Assembly (NCBI GenBank): GCA_973895155.1
Contig: OZ316899.1
Location: 16,738,246-16,802,245 of the forward strand
Reading direction: 5' to 3'
Source of the DNA: Marsupella aquatica
Taxonomy: Eukaryota > Plantae > Marchantiophyta
DNA: 64,000 nt
The number at the start of each line of letters is the position of its first letter. Positions within the stretch are counted from its first letter, which is position 1. Shown here piece after piece: positions 54,941-64,000 of this stretch. Made by a program: the position numbers and the translations under genes. The notes below the pieces were generated by a model, which was given only the letters and a program-made list of their open reading frames with translations, had not been told where the DNA came from and did not search any database.

Positions 54941-56664
54941 GGGTTTAGGGTTTAGGGTTTAGGGTTTAGGGTTTAGGGTTTAGGGTTTAGGGTTTAGGGT
55001 TTAGGGTTTAGGGTTTAGGGTTTAGGGTTTAGGGTTTAGGGTTTAGGGTTTAGGGTTTAGGGTTTAGGGTTTAGGGTTTAGGGTTTAGGGTTTAGGGTTT
55101 AGGGTTTAGGGTTTAGGGTTTAGGGTTTAGGGTTTAGGGTTTAGGGTTTAGGGTTTAGGGTTTAGGGTTTAGGGTTTAGGGTTTAGGGTTTAGGGTTTAG
55201 GGTTTAGGGTTTAGGGTTTAGGGTTTAGGGTTTAGGGTTTAGGGTTTAGGGTTTAGGGTTTAGGGTTTAGGGTTTAGGGTTTAGGGTTTAGGGTTTAGGG
55301 TTTAGGGTTTAGGGTTTAGGGTTTAGGGTTTAGGGTTTAGGGTTTAGGGTTTAGGGTTTAGGGTTTAGGGTTTAGGGTTTAGGGTTTAGGGTTTAGGGTT
55401 TAGGGTTTAGGGTTTAGGGTTTAGGGTTTAGGGTTTAGGGTTTAGGGTTTAGGGTTTAGGGTTTAGGGTTTAGGGTTTAGGGTTTAGGGTTTAGGGTTTA
55501 GGGTTTAGGGTTTAGGGTTTAGGGTTTAGGGTTTAGGGTTTAGGGTTTAGGGTTTAGGGTTTAGGGTTTAGGGTTTAGGGTTTAGGGTTTAGGGTTTAGG
55601 GTTTAGGGTTTAGGGTTTAGGGTTTAGGGTTTAGGGTTTAGGGTTTAGGGTTTAGGGTTTAGGGTTTAGGGTTTAGGGTTTAGGGTTTAGGGTTTAGGGT
55701 TTAGGGTTTAGGGTTTAGGGTTTAGGGTTTAGGGTTTAGGGTTTAGGGTTTAGGGTTTAGGGTTTAGGGTTTAGGGTTTAGGGTTTAGGGTTTAGGGTTT
55801 AGGGTTTAGGGTTTAGGGTTTAGGGTTTAGGGTTTAGGGTTTAGGGTTTAGGGTTTAGGGTTTAGGGTTTAGGGTTTAGGGTTTAGGGTTTAGGGTTTAG
55901 GGTTTAGGGTTTAGGGTTTAGGGTTTAGGGTTTAGGGTTTAGGGTTTAGGGTTTAGGGTTTAGGGTTTAGGGTTTAGGGTTTAGGGTTTAGGGTTTAGGG
56001 TTTAGGGTTTAGGGTTTAGGGTTTAGGGTTTAGGGTTTAGGGTTTAGGGTTTAGGGTTTAGGGTTTAGGGTTTAGGGTTTAGGGTTTAGGGTTTAGGGTT
56101 TAGGGTTTAGGGTTTAGGGTTTAGGGTTTAGGGTTTAGGGTTTAGGGTTTAGGGTTTAGGGTTTAGGGTTTAGGGTTTAGGGTTTAGGGTTTAGGGTTTA
56201 GGGTTTAGGGTTTAGGGTTTAGGGTTTAGGGTTTAGGGTTTAGGGTTTAGGGTTTAGGGTTTAGGGTTTAGGGTTTAGGGTTTAGGGTTTAGGGTTTAGG
56301 GTTTAGGGTTTAGGGTTTAGGGTTTAGGGTTTAGGGTTTAGGGTTTAGGGTTTAGGGTTTAGGGTTTAGGGTTTAGGGTTTAGGGTTTAGGGTTTAGGGT
56401 TTAGGGTTTAGGGTTTAGGGTTTAGGGTTTAGGGTTTAGGGTTTAGGGTTTAGGGTTTAGGGTTTAGGGTTTAGGGTTTAGGGTTTAGGGTTTAGGGTTT
56501 AGGGTTTAGGGTTTAGGGTTTAGGGTTTAGGGTTTAGGGTTTAGGGTTTAGGGTTTAGGGTTTAGGGTTTAGGGTTTAGGGTTTAGGGTTTAGGGTTTAG
56601 GGTTTAGGGTTTAGGGTTTAGGGTTTAGGGTTTAGGGTTTAGGGTTTAGGGTTTAGGGTTTAGG
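54941..56664 (+). repeat. Plant telomere array (TTTAGGG) x about 246
   Basis: 1724 bp of apparently uninterrupted TTTAGGG, with the G-rich strand running away from the plant DNA as expected for a right chromosome end. Confidence 0.99.
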
Positions 56665-57481
56665 CCCGCACCAACAAGGGCCACGCCGATGATGAGCGAC
56701 TTGTTCGTCTTGATCCAATCGCGGGCCATCTTCAGCGTCGAGCTTGCTGCTGTCGTGAAACCTTGAATGCTGCCCGTGACGGAAGCAGGGCAGCACCGAG
56801 TTCGACGAACGTATTCTTCACCGCGATCAGCGTCGAGTTATAGGCCTGCATCGTCTCTTTCGAGCGTGCCGTGTCTTCGGAGTTCATCACCGCGCCCGCA
56901 CCTTCAGCAGCGGCACGGAGTTCATCCAACCCCGCTTTGCCCTTCTTCAACGCGGGAAGCAGGTCGCTCAGCCCAAGCGACTCCGCAACGGCGTTCTGAT
57001 CCGAGTTGTTCGTGATGCTCTTGATCTTCTCGGCAATGGAATCAAGTTGATCGTCGATGCCCATGCCAATCAATTTGCGGCCGTTCAGCCCCTTCAACCC
57101 GTCGATCAGTTCCGAGTTGCCATCCGCCGCCGCTTTGATGCGAGCTTGCAGCCCGCCGATTGCACTGTCGGCATCATCAGCAGTGCTGCCCATCCGCTCG
57201 AAAGCGTATGTGAGTTTGCTGATGGAATCCGTGGACTCCTTGTACTTGTCGGCGATGGACTGGATCTTGTTGCCCTTGCCGATGGCTTCACCGAAAGCCG
57301 CCGTGAGTGGTGCGAGAACGGCAGTGCCCGCACCGCCGACAACGCCACCGATCTTCGCCGTGGACTTGCTGAAGTTGGCGAGATCCTTCTTTGCCTTGGC
57401 CAGACCCTTCTGCAAGTCGGTGTCCTTGCTGAACAGCTCGACGAACGCGCGGCCGGCCTTGATCGCTCCACTGTTAGCCAT
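56665..57481 (-). CDS. Phage tail tape measure protein, N-terminal part, truncated at the telomere junction (frameshift about 56781)
   Basis: MANSGAIKAGRAFVELF start; Ala/Gly/Lys-rich helical sequence; lies after the chaperones. Restoring 1 bp reads LLPVTGSIQGF...WIKTNKSLIIGVALVGAG up to the junction. Confidence 0.88.
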
Positions 57482-57484
57482 AGG

Positions 57485-57790
57485 TCAAACTCCCTTGCCA
57501 CGTGCCCCGGCGAGCAACGACAGGCCGATCCTCGTTTCAAACCGCAACTCTTCCTCTGTCTTCTCGCGCTTCGTCCGCACCTCTTTGAACAGATCCGGAA
57601 TCAGCGTTGTGTGATCGATGGCCTGGCCGGTCAGCGAGCGGTGAAGTTGGGCCACGAAGAACGCCCCGCGATCCCATTCCATCTTCTGTCGGCCAATCAC
57701 CATCGTTCTCAGCTCGCGCAGGCTGAAGGTTCTGGGGTCGATTCCAAGGACGCCGCCGAGTTCCCATCCCCAACGGCTGAGCCACCCCCG
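57485..57790 (-). CDS. Second tail assembly chaperone segment (lambda gpT-like, -1 frame)
   Basis: WELGGVLGIDPRTFSLRELRTM.. frame overlaps the end of 57709-58176 and ends 3 bp before the tape measure start. Confidence 0.65.
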   Translation of the reverse strand, partial: RGWLSRWGWELGGVLGIDPRTFSLRELRTMVIGRQKMEWDRGAFFVAQLHRSLTGQAIDHTTLIPDLFKEVRTKREKTEEELRFETRIGLSLLAGARGKGV

Positions 57791-58176
57791 ACCGCGTTGC
57801 GGATCTTCTGAGCCTGCTTGACCTGCTCGATCATCGACTGGCTGTTCAGAAGCTCTTTGCTTGCCGCTGCCACGGTCGGGGGCTGGGAAAAATCCAAGAT
57901 CGATTCCGTGAGCTTCATCAGGGCCGAGTGAATCGCCACTCCGTCGAGGCCTTCGAAAAAGCTGTTCTGGTCGATCTGCTTGTCGGCAGCCTGCTTGCTC
58001 ACCAGTGTCCACAGCACCCCGCCAAGTCGTTTAGGCCGTGCGATCTGGGCAAGCACCTTTTCGTGGCTCTCGGTCAACGCCTCAAGATCAAGGCCCGCCT
58101 CGGTGAGCGGCTGAATGTGGCCGAGATTGATCCGCAGATCCCACTCCCGGCCAAGGGCATCAACAAACGTGCTCAT
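57709..58176 (-). CDS. Tail assembly chaperone (lambda gpG-like)
   Basis: 155 aa; ATGA overlap with the upstream gene; positioned just before the tape measure gene. Confidence 0.72.
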   Translation of the reverse strand: MSTFVDALGREWDLRINLGHIQPLTEAGLDLEALTESHEKVLAQIARPKRLGGVLWTLVSKQAADKQIDQNSFFEGLDGVAIHSALMKLTESILDFSQPPTVAAASKELLNSQSMIEQVKQAQKIRNAVGGGSAVGDGNSAASLESTPEPSACAS

Positions 58177-58640
58177 CGGATGAAGTCCTTGAGGTCTTTT
58201 TGAAGGTCGTTAAAAGCGCCAGTGAACGCCGGTCGCATGTACGGTCGCGGTGCGACGTGGACGGCTTTCGGTTTCTCGCCACGAATGCGGATCACTGCGG
58301 TACCGCCCTCTTCCAACACTTGCGGCGCACCCGAACTTGAACCCGCCAGTGTTGGGCCGATGACGACGGTTTGTTGTTCGGTGTCGTAGCTGAAGAAGAT
58401 GAACTTCTTCAGCGTGCCCGTGTGTGAGAGCGGTGGCTTGCCGGGCAGCGAAACGCGAGCCTTTTGCTTCTGCCCAGGCTTGGCATTCTTCTTTCGCTTC
58501 GGTGCGTTACGGATCGAAGTCTTTGCCCGCTGCCGAACGAACGCGCCGAACTTGGAAAACACCTTCCGCATCGCCGGATCAAGTTTGTCCGTGATCGCGG
58601 CGCGGTCGAAAAACGTTTTCTTGACGCTGTCGATGTTCAT
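58173..58640 (-). CDS. Tail completion/neck protein (HK97 gp10-like)
   Basis: Basic 155-aa protein with PGKPP..HTGTLKKFI, LEEGG and PRPYMRPAF motifs. Confidence 0.75.
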   Translation of the reverse strand: MNIDSVKKTFFDRAAITDKLDPAMRKVFSKFGAFVRQRAKTSIRNAPKRKKNAKPGQKQKARVSLPGKPPLSHTGTLKKFIFFSYDTEQQTVVIGPTLAGSSSGAPQVLEEGGTAVIRIRGEKPKAVHVAPRPYMRPAFTGAFNDLQKDLKDFIR

Positions 58641-59113
58641 TACGCAGCGATACTCGTGAACGTCGGTGTGCCGCTGGCGACAGTGACCCTGCTTCGCGGG
58701 TTGGCGCTGATGCAGGGCTTCAGACTGAACTCGCGGTGAACGACTTCATCATTGCCCTGCGACTCGTTCCAGGCGAACACCTTCATGCCCATGCGGACGC
58801 CTTCCGCACCGGTGACCGAAAGCTTCGCGTCAAGGGCCATCACATCAAGCTCGGCCCGTGCTCCATAGGCCGTGCCGAGAGCGCCGTACCCGGTGGTGTC
58901 CGTGGTATCGACAAGGATTTTTCCCGTGAATTCGATTGCACGAAGCACCGGTTCCGACAGCGCGATGCCGCCGCTTGATCGCAGGGTAGCGTCATACTCT
59001 CCCATCAAGTCGTTGATGCCCACTTCCTTCGTGTTCAGCAGGTCGACCCATGTCGGTGTGCCGAACGTGCCGCTGTTGAGGTAGAGTCCGCCATTGAATC
59101 CGTATCGTGGCAT
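58640..59113 (-). CDS. Major tail tube protein
   Basis: 157 aa, beta-rich; YDATLRSSGG motif; located between tail terminator and chaperones. Confidence 0.72.
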   Translation of the reverse strand: MPRYGFNGGLYLNSGTFGTPTWVDLLNTKEVGINDLMGEYDATLRSSGGIALSEPVLRAIEFTGKILVDTTDTTGYGALGTAYGARAELDVMALDAKLSVTGAEGVRMGMKVFAWNESQGNDEVVHREFSLKPCISANPRSRVTVASGTPTFTSIAA

Positions 59114-59137
59114 GCTGTATTCTCCAAAGTGTTGAAC

Positions 59138-59616
59138 TCACGAAATCTCTTGGAACGCGACTGTCGCGGTTGACCAAAACGTCTTGTTCTCGAAATACTT
59201 GGCGATGTCGTAAACCTCGTCGACCGTCGCCGGTTGATCAAGTGAAGGAATCAGCGAGTCGAGCAGCACCAGGCTCTGATTCCGCAACGGCTTAAACACT
59301 TGCTGTTCAAACCAAGTGACCCGCTCATCCATCCACGCCTTCGGTGGCAGTGCTTCGTCGCCGGTGTAGCGTTCGACCGCGCAGACCGTGAGCACGAATT
59401 CCTTCTTGTACAACCCCGCGTTTCGAGTGCCGGAGTCGAATACGTCGCCGGATAAACCATCAGCCGACGGCCTTCGAGAAGCGGTTCGTAGCCCTTGGTC
59501 AGGCCGAACTCTGCACCGTACAGCCGCTCGACAACATCAGGATCAGCGGGTGCCCATGATGCCGTGAGAACATCGACAACCGCGTCAGCGACTTCAAGAA
59601 CCCTTGCCAGTGACAT
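59138..59616 (-). CDS. Putative tail terminator (frameshift at about 59415)
   Basis: ORFs 59251-59616 and 59138-59413 join into about 159 aa if one G is added to the GGGG run; positional assignment. Confidence 0.6.
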
Positions 59617-59978
59617 CAGGCCACCCGCTTCGTGTAAATCCGCAACATGGCCCGACTATGACCCTGGTACGTCCAGCACGGCTCTCCGTTGTCCGCTGGC
59701 ATCGCTTCGAACACGCACACTTCGTTGTTGATCGTTTCCGTGATCCGATCCCCACGCTGCGGTACACCGAGTTCGCTCAAGTCCATCGTGTACAGGAGGT
59801 AATCCCGGTCGCTCGAAACCGGGACGACGGCATCCGATCCATCGCGGCTGTCGCTGTTGGTTCCGATCCAGGCCGTCAACGTCCGGGTGTCCGTACCACG
59901 GCCGTAAACGACCGACACGCCATCAACCCGCTTGGCGTGTCGTGTGTGAGCCAATGCTCCTCGCTGACTGCGGTTCAT
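59616..59978 (-). CDS. Head-tail joining/closure protein
   Basis: 120 aa with DRDYLL..PQRGDRITE...LRIYTKRV; position after the capsid genes. Confidence 0.68.
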   Translation of the reverse strand: MNRSQRGALAHTRHAKRVDGVSVVYGRGTDTRTLTAWIGTNSDSRDGSDAVVPVSSDRDYLLYTMDLSELGVPQRGDRITETINNEVCVFEAMPADNGEPCWTYQGHSRAMLRIYTKRVA

Positions 59979-59980
59979 GC

Positions 59981-60226
59981 TCAGCTCGTTGGTTGAACCG
60001 GTGCCGATGCGGTTGCTTCAAGCAGTTCGCGAACATCCATGGCCTGTTGCCAAACATCGGTGTTCGGCTTGCACTTCGATGCCCCGCTCAGCAAGGTCTT
60101 GATGACCTCGCTCGGATTGGCCACGCTCTTGGCCAACTCGACGATGTCGTCAGCTTCCACGTGCACAAGCGACTTGCCCGTTGTGGTGCCGACGGCTTTC
60201 GTGACTCTCGCGTGTATCTCTTCCAC
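59981..60226 (-). CDS. Small hypothetical phage protein
   Basis: 81 aa, GTG start after GAGG, fits the operon packing. Confidence 0.6.
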   Translation of the reverse strand: MEEIHARVTKAVGTTTGKSLVHVEADDIVELAKSVANPSEVIKTLLSGASKCKPNTDVWQQAMDVRELLEATASAPVQPTS

Positions 60227-60290
60227 GTGCGTTGAACCTCAGTTGTTGAGCGGATGAATCGAAGCCCAGCGTGATGCCAGGCGTCGTGTC

Positions 60291-61028
60291 TTAGGCACCG
60301 ATGATCGAGTGAACCGTGTAGGCCTCGGCGGCGGCCGTCACGTTGGTGATCAGCACCCGCAACGATGCGGCTTTGTTCTGGGCGATGGAAGTCCCGCCAC
60401 GGAACGTGCAACCCGCACCAGCAGCCAGCGTGATGGTGTTCGCACCGCCCGAAGTGTTCTCAATGGAGACGTCGAACGAGTCGCCGACCTTACAGCCCTT
60501 GGCACCGGCCACCATGGCGGCGGCGGTTGGCAGGGTCAGGGTGATCGCCCCGCCCGGAGCCGAGTTGATGAAGCCAGCCAAGATTTGCGCAGCGGTCAGG
60601 GTTGCAGTTGCACTGGCCGTGACTTCGGACTTGCCACCGCTCAAGCCTGGTGAAACGCCGGTCGGTTGGTGCAGTGCGAACACATAATCGCCGTCCGTGG
60701 TCGGACCCGCGCCGCCAAGATCGCCAGTCGGCCCTGCAACGCAGATCCCGAAAGCGACGTTGCCCGCTGCGGTGAGTGTGAGTTTCTTCGAGGTCGTGTT
60801 GAAGAAACAGCGCTGGCCAATGACCGGCGTGCCGTCACTTACCATTTGGTAGATGCAGCCTTCCACGGCCAGGGCATCGAGAATCGGCGTGGTGCCGAAT
60901 GGTGGGTTATCCACGTGTGCGACGAACGGCGTTGCGCCGATCACCTGAACCGCCCCGGCCAGGATGGCGGCGGATGGCGTGTACTTCGTCATGATCGGTT
61001 TGCCGTAGACGGCGATCGCGTCAGCCAT
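60291..61028 (-). CDS. Capsid decoration/cement protein (DUF2190-like N-terminal domain + extra C-terminal domain), 245 aa
   Basis: GAGGT 7 nt before ATG 61028; YTPSAAILAGAVQVIG..FVAHVD..ALAVEG pattern; directly after the capsid gene. Confidence 0.72.
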   Translation of the reverse strand: MADAIAVYGKPIMTKYTPSAAILAGAVQVIGATPFVAHVDNPPFGTTPILDALAVEGCIYQMVSDGTPVIGQRCFFNTTSKKLTLTAAGNVAFGICVAGPTGDLGGAGPTTDGDYVFALHQPTGVSPGLSGGKSEVTASATATLTAAQILAGFINSAPGGAITLTLPTAAAMVAGAKGCKVGDSFDVSIENTSGGANTITLAAGAGCTFRGGTSIAQNKAASLRVLITNVTAAAEAYTVHSIIGA

Positions 61029-61098
61029 CGGAGTTACCTCGTTAAAAGTCGTTGGATCGAAATCGAAGGGGGTGGCATCAAGCCAGTTGTTTCGCTGC

Positions 61099-61127
61099 AA
61101 AAAGTGGTGGCTTCCGCATGCCACCAC
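61099..61127 (-). terminator. Rho-independent terminator after the major capsid gene
   Basis: Minus strand GTGGTGGC-ATGCGGAA-GCCACCAC-TTTTT: perfect 8-bp stem plus T tract. Confidence 0.75.
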
Positions 61128-61136
61128 GATCCGCAA

Positions 61137-62926
61137 TTACGCTCCAGCCGAGTACACAGACCCGCGGAAGTTCTGCTGCGTTGCACCCATCGACATCGTG
61201 CCGCGGATACTGATCCCCAGCTTGTCGAACTGGTAGTCAGGCCCGGCTTGCAGCACGGCCGGGGTGTCGGCCCCGTAAAACGCGACCTCGATGGCCGAGA
61301 GCATGGCCGGGTCGCAGAGGAGCTCCCATGCGGTTGCCGAATTCACGTAATTCGAGTTCTCCATGTACGGCGACATCACCGGCTCGGCATACCCCTGCCA
61401 CATGTTCTTGTCGGGCTGCAGATTCGATCCCGCCACGCCCCCGTAAACGATGGACGGAGCCATGAGCAGCCCGCTCACCGTCTGCCAGTTGCTTGGCCCG
61501 TGCAGGAGGATCGGCTTGCTACTGCTGGCACCAATCGGGTTGCCGTTCGGATCGATCTGGTTGTCGAACAGGGCCTTGGCCGTTTGCAGAGACGTTGCCG
61601 ACATGGCCGACCCAGCGCCGGTCATCTTGTTCGGCTTGTACGCCGTTCCCGCCAGCTTGTTGGCCGCGGTAATTGCCGATGTGGTGCGGTAGAAGGCGTT
61701 GCCGTCGTCGCCGTTGATGGTACCGGCGTACATGTTTTTCTTCAGCGTCCAAATGATGTCGTTCAACGCCAATCCGCCGCCTGTACCAATCTTCTGCGGC
61801 ACGGTGCTGAGGATCGACAGGTCGTCGTTGACGATGTGCGTCCACGGGATGGTGCCGATGATCCCGTAGGGTGCTGCCTGGTTGGCGAACGCCTGATCTC
61901 CGAACACCGCGTTTTCGAGTTCGCCGACCGGTCCGAGCTGCTTAAACATCACGGAGCCAAGAAGGTTGATCGATTTCACTGGTTTGAAGTCGGTCACCAT
62001 GCGGATCGAGCAGAACTTGCGCCACGCCGGATCGGTGTAGAGGTATCCCTGCAACGCGAACTTATTCATCACGTTGCTAAGAATGTTGCCTATGCCGATG
62101 GTACTTGCGCCTTCGGCTCGGAACGCCGGCTCGTTGTAGCCCCACTCGGCCAACATTGCCCGCACGCCCCACTCGCTCTTGAGGTCAAGTCGCGAGGTCG
62201 AACCGTTCGCACGGAACGCAGCTTCGATGATCTGGTGCAGGCCCACGCGGCCCTTAAACATCGTGTGAGCAGCCTGCTGCACCTGGTCGGGGTACTGGGT
62301 CTTAAAACTGGCTTGCACTTCACGTTGGAGATACTCGGGAACACGCCGAATCTGACTGCCATCGGGTGCGCGGTCGAAGTAATAGCTATCGTTCTCAAGC
62401 CTCATTGTGTGCCGGTGAGCTTGCAGGATCGCAGCTTCCAACACCGCCTCGGTCACTTGTGGAGTGTTGGGCGTGTGCAGGTGCGTGCTGCCGACGGCTG
62501 CTCCTGGTCGTGAAGCCCGCAACACTTCAAGTTCGGTTCTGTCAGCCGTCCAGCCATTGCCGGCAGCGTGGGCGAACAGGTTGACCTCTTTGCCATCGAC
62601 CTTAATGAAGATCACTCGATTCGAGGCAGCCAGCTTGTTGATCTTGCCCTGGCGTTCGAGCTCGGCAGCGAACTCCTTACGCGAAGCCTGGATCGCGTTC
62701 TTGGTGGCAGACGACTTGGCTTTGGCCTTTGGTTTATCTTCCTCCTCTTCGAGTTCGCTGTCGTCGTCATTCTCCTCGTCTTCGTCGTCGCCATCTGCGG
62801 CGTCCATCACATCGTTGAGGGCTGCTTTGGCTTCGTCCTCAGACATCTTGTCGATGTCCTCAGCGGAGTACTTCGCAGCTTTGAACAGACCCTTCTTGAA
62901 GGCCTTAGCCAGCAGAATCTGAACAT
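61137..62926 (-). CDS. Scaffold + major capsid protein (HK97 fold, Mu gpT-like); frameshift at about 62919
   Basis: ORF 61137-62846 with ILSNVMNKFALQGY..WRKFC..VTDFK, IVNDDL, AIEVAF.G..TP and NFRG motifs; acidic/charged scaffold-like N-terminus; ATG at 62926 preceded by AAGGGG. Confidence 0.85.
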
Positions 62927-63502
62927 ACTCGTCTTCCCCTTTCCGGTGGATGCGCTGACGGTGACAGACGTTGAGTCGTCGGCACCCAGCGGAACAAATG
63001 AAATTTCCTTGAGTTCGGTCTCACGCGAGATCGTGATCGGCCCGGTGACTTCACGGCCGTTGACTTTGCTGGTGGCCCCGTTCTCGACGAACTCGGTTCG
63101 GAGAGGGTTGGCACCGATGGACAGCTGCCACTCGAATCCGTTCTTGGCTGGATCCGTGACTTTGTTCGCGTGCTCGGCTTGGCCACTGAACACGCCTTGA
63201 ACCTTGATCCCTTCGTCGGTCACTTCGATTGCGGTAGTGTGACCGCAGATCTGCTCCTCGTCGTGCTGCCGAAGAACAGGCCGGTGCTGGCTCGGAATCA
63301 CCACGCCTGCGAGGTCGACGATGATCACGCCCCACCAGCCCGAAGGCCGCATGGGTGCGCCGGTGTAGGCAATGCCGTCGAAGGTTGCCAGCTTCTTCGT
63401 GCCGTCTGCAGCATCCTCGGCCTGGATCTTGGCCATGCCGCCGCTGGCTCGGAAGTTAGCGAGTGGTTCGTTCTTGGCACTGGCTCGAATCTCACGCCGC
63501 AT
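62807..63502 (-). CDS. Prohead maturation protease domain (probably fused to the capsid protein)
   Basis: IAYTG, VLRQHD, WQLSIGA and LKEISFVPLGADDST are HK97/Caudoviral prohead protease motifs. Confidence 0.85.
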   Translation of the reverse strand: MRREIRASAKNEPLANFRASGGMAKIQAEDAADGTKKLATFDGIAYTGAPMRPSGWWGVIIVDLAGVVIPSQHRPVLRQHDEEQICGHTTAIEVTDEGIKVQGVFSGQAEHANKVTDPAKNGFEWQLSIGANPLRTEFVENGATSKVNGREVTGPITISRETELKEISFVPLGADDSTSVTVSASTGKGKTSMFRFCWLRPSRRVCSKLRSTPLRTSTRCLRTKPKQPSTM

Positions 63503-64000
63503 TGGCTACCTCTGTTTCTGTCGCAGTGGCCTGCTCGCTGATCGAACGCTGAACGACGTCGCCGAACACCAGGCCGAGTGATTCGATTTCTTTTTTCTCG
63601 TCGGACAGTTGCTTGAGGACGTCACGCCAGTCGTATCCACGCTTGCCCCAGTATTCGCGGAGTGTGAGTTGACCAGCCGCGATCCGTTGTGCATCTGCTG
63701 CGGAGTCAACAGCCACGTCGATCGACTCGAATCCTGGCCAATGCCATTCGTGCGGGGGGAGAGACATCCCGTCGAACACGGGATTGCACCGCTCAGCACG
63801 GCTTCGGTGAACCACTCACGGAACGTCTGTCGCAGCACGACACGCGAGCACTCTTCACGCTCGTTGGTGAGCGAGTTGCGGTAGTCGAGGAAGTCGAGTT
63901 TTGCCGAAGAGAAGTTGAACTTCTGGCTCGTGCCCAGGGCGAGGTTCAGCGGGTACCTCAGCGGGCGGATGCTTTCCCCCAAAACCTTCTCTTGGAACAT
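63492..64000 (-). CDS. Portal protein, lambda family, C-terminal part (frameshift at about 63781)
   Basis: NFSSAKLD...FREWFTEAVLSG and WHWPGFESID...RIAAGQLT...RGYDWRDVLKQ motifs, split across two frames. Confidence 0.85.

Larger units (their letters stand above)
56665..64000 (-). mobile_element. Bacteriophage/prophage head-tail morphogenesis operon (long non-contractile tail type), bacterial origin
   Basis: GC-rich, intronless, tightly packed or overlapping genes with Shine-Dalgarno-like motifs, in the canonical order portal, protease/capsid, decoration, head-tail, tail tube, chaperones, tape measure. Confidence 0.93.

Noticed and set aside
60666-62513. 615-aa plus-strand ORF and other plus-strand ORFs in 56.7-64 kb
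   Set aside because: Antisense shadows of GC-rich phage genes, with no recognisable motifs.
54941-64000. A linear, telomere-capped phage episome in the plant nucleus
   Set aside because: The G-rich strand runs toward the phage DNA, not away from it, so the telomere caps the plant arm; the phage gene is also cut mid-ORF.

Overview
This window is the right end of a land-plant chromosome (Arabidopsis-type TTTAGGG telomere) joined directly to an unrelated bacteriophage fragment. (1) 1-31.9 kb is a nest of LTR retrotransposons whose insertion order can be rebuilt from target-site duplications (TSDs). A decayed Ty3/Gypsy element ('A', my label; 814-bp LTRs at 743-1556 and 19390-20203) sits inside, and also contains, several 3.8-4.3-kb TG...CA units (my labels B, C, D). 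Each unit carries one long ORF with a plant-mobile-domain (PMD)-like core and a coiled coil. One copy still has an integrase 3' end in front of it and a duplicated start, which shows that this unit is itself a giant, gene-carrying LTR; most other copies look like solo LTRs. (2) 34.9-39.8 kb is an intact six-exon FPA-like gene (3 RRM + SPOC). (3) 42.7-48.4 kb holds two more decayed copies of the PMD-like ORF family and a MITE. (4) 49.2-54.9 kb is subtelomeric tandem repeats. (5) 54941-56664 is about 246 apparently perfect TTTAGGG repeats. (6) 56665-64000 is a GC-rich siphophage head-tail operon on the minus strand, running from portal to a truncated tape-measure gene, with four 1-bp-deletion frameshifts. 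It is most likely an assembly or read chimera, but this is testable. Family and domain assignments come from motif recognition by eye, not from database searches.
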